DNA of 63,648 nt, filler included, from Choristocarpus tenellus KU-1152 (lineage: Eukaryota; Protista; Phaeophyceae), in the NCBI GenBank assembly GCA_964200185.2. It is 12 parts of 12 records of this genome, joined end to end, with 100 filler letters (N's around TTAATTAATTAA, not from the genome) between each part and the next. Parts side by side here need not be neighbours in the genome. Positions count along the whole stretch, not along the records: positions 60,441 to 63,648 come from CAXNAD020021538.1; 11 more parts are not named here. One strand, 5' to 3'. The position numbers and the translations under genes were made by a program. Every line of letters starts with the position of its first letter. Within the stretch, counting starts at the first letter, position 1. Below, one piece after another: positions 60,441 to 63,648 of the stretch. The notes under the pieces are model-generated. The model was not told where the DNA came from. It made no database searches and was given only the letters and a program-made list of their open reading frames with translations.

Positions 60441-61041
60441 CCCACCCCTCAGCCCCAGAGCGACACTGATAGCGAGCGCCGTAATCCCTTCCCATCCAGA
60501 CTAAATTTCAAACTGGACGCGGGGCCAACAGGGTCTTCTTGGCTTCGGACAAGTACGCATTCGCCACTGCATACATGGCATCCGTTTCAGGGGCACATCC
60601 TTGACCACACACCTCGGAACAACAGTAGCAACTCCCATCCTCCCTGGGGCCGACCTGTATCAGAAGATGTTACCTCTTGAAAGGACATGTCACGCCAGGA
60701 TCGATGAACCCCTTGCAACCTGCATCCACCCAACTAACTGGTGTGCAGGGTCTGGCGGGACTCAATCAACCCGGGGTACACGGGCTCGTCCGAGATGGAA
60801 CATCATCCTGAGGCACATATTGACCCCAACTACGGATGACTGTCCCTTATTGTGGCGTGTTTGTCACCACCAGATAGATATCCAGAAGGCACAAATTGAG
60901 ATTCATTCCTCTTGCCAGAAAAACCAGAAGCAAACTTGATATATAGTCCCGAGTGAGTAACCCTGTGTGGGACGGAAGTAGTCCTGTTTCCTCCCAACCA
61001 CTACCATCTAGATTTAGATTCATAAACATGGAACCAGCCAT
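60441..61041 (-). pseudogene. Possible decayed coding sequence of unknown type
   Basis: One frame of ~200 codons with 4 stops, Cys/Pro-rich (GCKGFIDPGVTCPF, GSCYCCSEVCGQGCAPETDAMYAVANAY). Confidence 0.3.
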
Positions 61042-63648
61042 GTTCCCTTGGTATTATTTGATGTCGACCGATGTCTTACTGGCGTGCACAATAATATTCT
61101 TGGCTTACCCTCATAAAAGCCATGGTAGTCAATCAAGAAGAGTTTCGGTGTTCCGATGGGTCCTCTCTCAAAGCCCTTCCGAGATTGTGAGTGACTCTGA
61201 CAAGCGATGACACTTCTCCGACAACCTTAGTTTCGTCGATCTTCGAAGATCTTGACTTCACCGCGTAATTAATTGTCAACGATCACTTTTCTACTTTTTT
61301 CTCACTTTTCTTTTTCTCTCATTACTCTATCTTCATTAATGAACTAAGTGTGTGGTGTCTACATCGAAAATCTGAAAAAGAAGATTTGAACTAAATACTA
61401 CTTCAATATTGTTAATGGTCCTATGTTTGATGATGTAGTATTTAAAATGCAAACTCGAAACGGTCTTCTTTGTGCGTCCTCTCCTCGCGTATTTGCTTCT
61501 CTCTTTGTGACAATGCAGCAAACCAGAAGTGGTCGACACGGCTAAGTACACACCACCCATCATCATTTTGCAGAGTTTGCAGAGCGAGGATCATTGTTGG
61601 GCTAGTTTTTATAATATGCCGACTACTCTATCTACCTCTGTGCCCACCTCATCGTTTCGCCATCCCCAGTCGTTCCTTCAAATACGTCCGAGCACATCGC
61701 CTCACACGGACCGAGAGTTCCCTCTCCTCCTCTCTCGTCCTTGTACCCATACTCGCGTGCCCTCTGATGAAGTGGGATGCCTTGCGGTAGTCGATTGAAC
61801 CCACAGCATTGTCTCCTGCGAACAGCAATTCCTTAGGACTTGAGGAATCGAGTAGCCTCTATGGTGTGGATACACACCGATTTGTTGCACGATATTTCTT
61901 GTGCGCCCAACGAAGTTTGTAGTGCCTGTTTAATCCCGACGTTTTTCTTAAGAAGGAAGGTGCTCGAACTAAGGGAATGGGCTCGAGACAGGACTCCATT
62001 CGGGATTCCGGGTGTTGTGCACTGCGATAACCAATAAAAAGATGTGATTCTATGATGGTCCATGAATTTTCTAATATTTGCTGACAGCACGAAACGTCGA
62101 CTTATCCACCAAAATGAAGGATTTTGATTGGTCAGATATATTTTTTAACGGACGAGTGCGTACAGACAGCGCGGTAAAATTTTGTCCATTAAAACAAATG
62201 GGTCATTGTTTCGTCCAGTGTGCAAACGTTCGCATACAATGTACAAATGGAATCATGGAAATTTTCGACTGAACTGGGCTTCTACTTACAAAGCAGACTG
62301 TTTCGCAACAACACCACTACTGTACCAACACTTCTGTTGTCGTGAGCTGCTGCACTGGCATTCAGAAGTGCTGTCATACCATTCGTGTGTGCAGTAGAGA
62401 TTCCTCTCCGCAACAGTTGCATCACGTACCAGTGTATCATTGCAGCCAAAGCGCTGCACAGCACTCCTACTGTTGTGAGTTGGTCACTATGTTCCGAGTG
62501 TTGTACTATTCATCGATTCGTGGGCTACAGGAAGGTGTCGCGAATAACAGCGTTTTTCACGTTTCACTGAATATGTGTTTCATATTTTCTTTTAGTAGTG
62601 TACACACACGGGAATTCATTCACCACAATCTTGAACACATCCCATAAGCCATCTTTCAAAATACACGCACCCCCACACAATATGGTTTGCTATGCACTAT
62701 TTTTCACTCTGTGGTCTACACTCTAGGCCAAGATGTTACAGGGAAATGCTAGTCTCACACTGGAAGCAGTATGTAAATCAAAATCGAAGTCCCAGTAACA
62801 TATAATGGTGGGATGGAGATTCTTTTGCAACCATGAAGACACGCTGTACTTTAAAAACGTTCGTTGGTCAGACTGGCACTGTTACGTACCGCCACAAAAA
62901 AATATGCCTGGTGAGATACGAAGATGATCAAAAAACCAGCATACCGTGTTACTGCATCAATACCCATTTCTAGGGCTAACCAGCCCACGGTGCTCCTTGA
63001 ACAGGCGCTCAAGCACATTCGCCCACACGTCTACCCACTCCTGCAATAGTCTCCCTCGAACAGAACTGGATTGCTTGGTTGATTCGAAGTGACCTGGGTG
63101 GGGCCCAACCTCCAATGCTCTCAGACTTGTAGATCTTACCATATGGGGGAAATCTAGAACCAAATGTACGATCCGAGAACGTTCCCCTTTCTGGAATGTT
63201 CTTCTGGAACATTCTCATTCCACGGAGAGTTCCTACTTTGTTCCATCGCATATATTTTGCTGCCCTTTGCGGTCATAGCATTTTGACTTGTCCTGTTAAC
63301 AGCTGTACAAAGGTATCAATCAACATACAAGAGTACATAGGCTACTCATCTGTTTGTTCCTTGATACGATACAGTTCCACCAGTCAAAGCTGACTGTTGA
63401 TTGGTCTGTTGCGTTCAGGACGTTACTTTCACCAGTTCGTCACCACCACATCAACTACAATCAGAACAACGTAGTACAGAACAGTCGCTCTGCATTCCAC
63501 ACAAATAGTATATAGTACAGTGTACGTCACTTGAGTTGCATCACATATTGTTTCAATTCTGTTCTTTTGTTCTGTTGTTTGTTTTTTCTTTCACTCTTTC
63601 TTCTTATCAGCAGAAGATGACAGTTGTACATTGATGGTCGATTATTAT

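Overview
This window is not contiguous DNA. It is 12 short contigs of a fragmented eukaryotic assembly joined by 11 artificial 100-nt linkers (N44-TTAATTAATTAA-N44). Intron-rich genes, TTAGGG repeats and the protein sequences suggest an ochrophyte or brown-alga-like stramenopile (inference). Partial spliced genes I could rebuild exon by exon: argininosuccinate synthase (-), a USP40/USP47-like deubiquitinase C-terminus (-), UDP-glucuronate decarboxylase UXS (+), a USP-family deubiquitinase (+), a SulP/SLC26-like transporter (+), phosphatidate cytidylyltransferase (-), and a few unknown genes. The standout is a ~1.35-kb AT-rich patchwork at 29697-31053, just behind a UXS splice donor. It is built from short decayed fragments of several different bacterial genes in alternating orientation, which from memory resemble Rickettsiaceae proteins: kefB, dapE, a DnaA_N-type plasmid-replication-like protein and an APC amino-acid permease. 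This points to endosymbiont DNA integrated in an algal nuclear genome. Seven kefB codons were later amplified into a 21-bp minisatellite. Other findings: a ~260-bp MITE family with GAG...CTC ends and variable 3-bp TSDs whose poly-C relatives sit at many contig breaks, an intron/exon gain by tandem duplication, many interstitial telomeric insertions with repair-like signatures, and CpG-decay evidence for DNA methylation. All homology calls come from motif recognition, not database searches.
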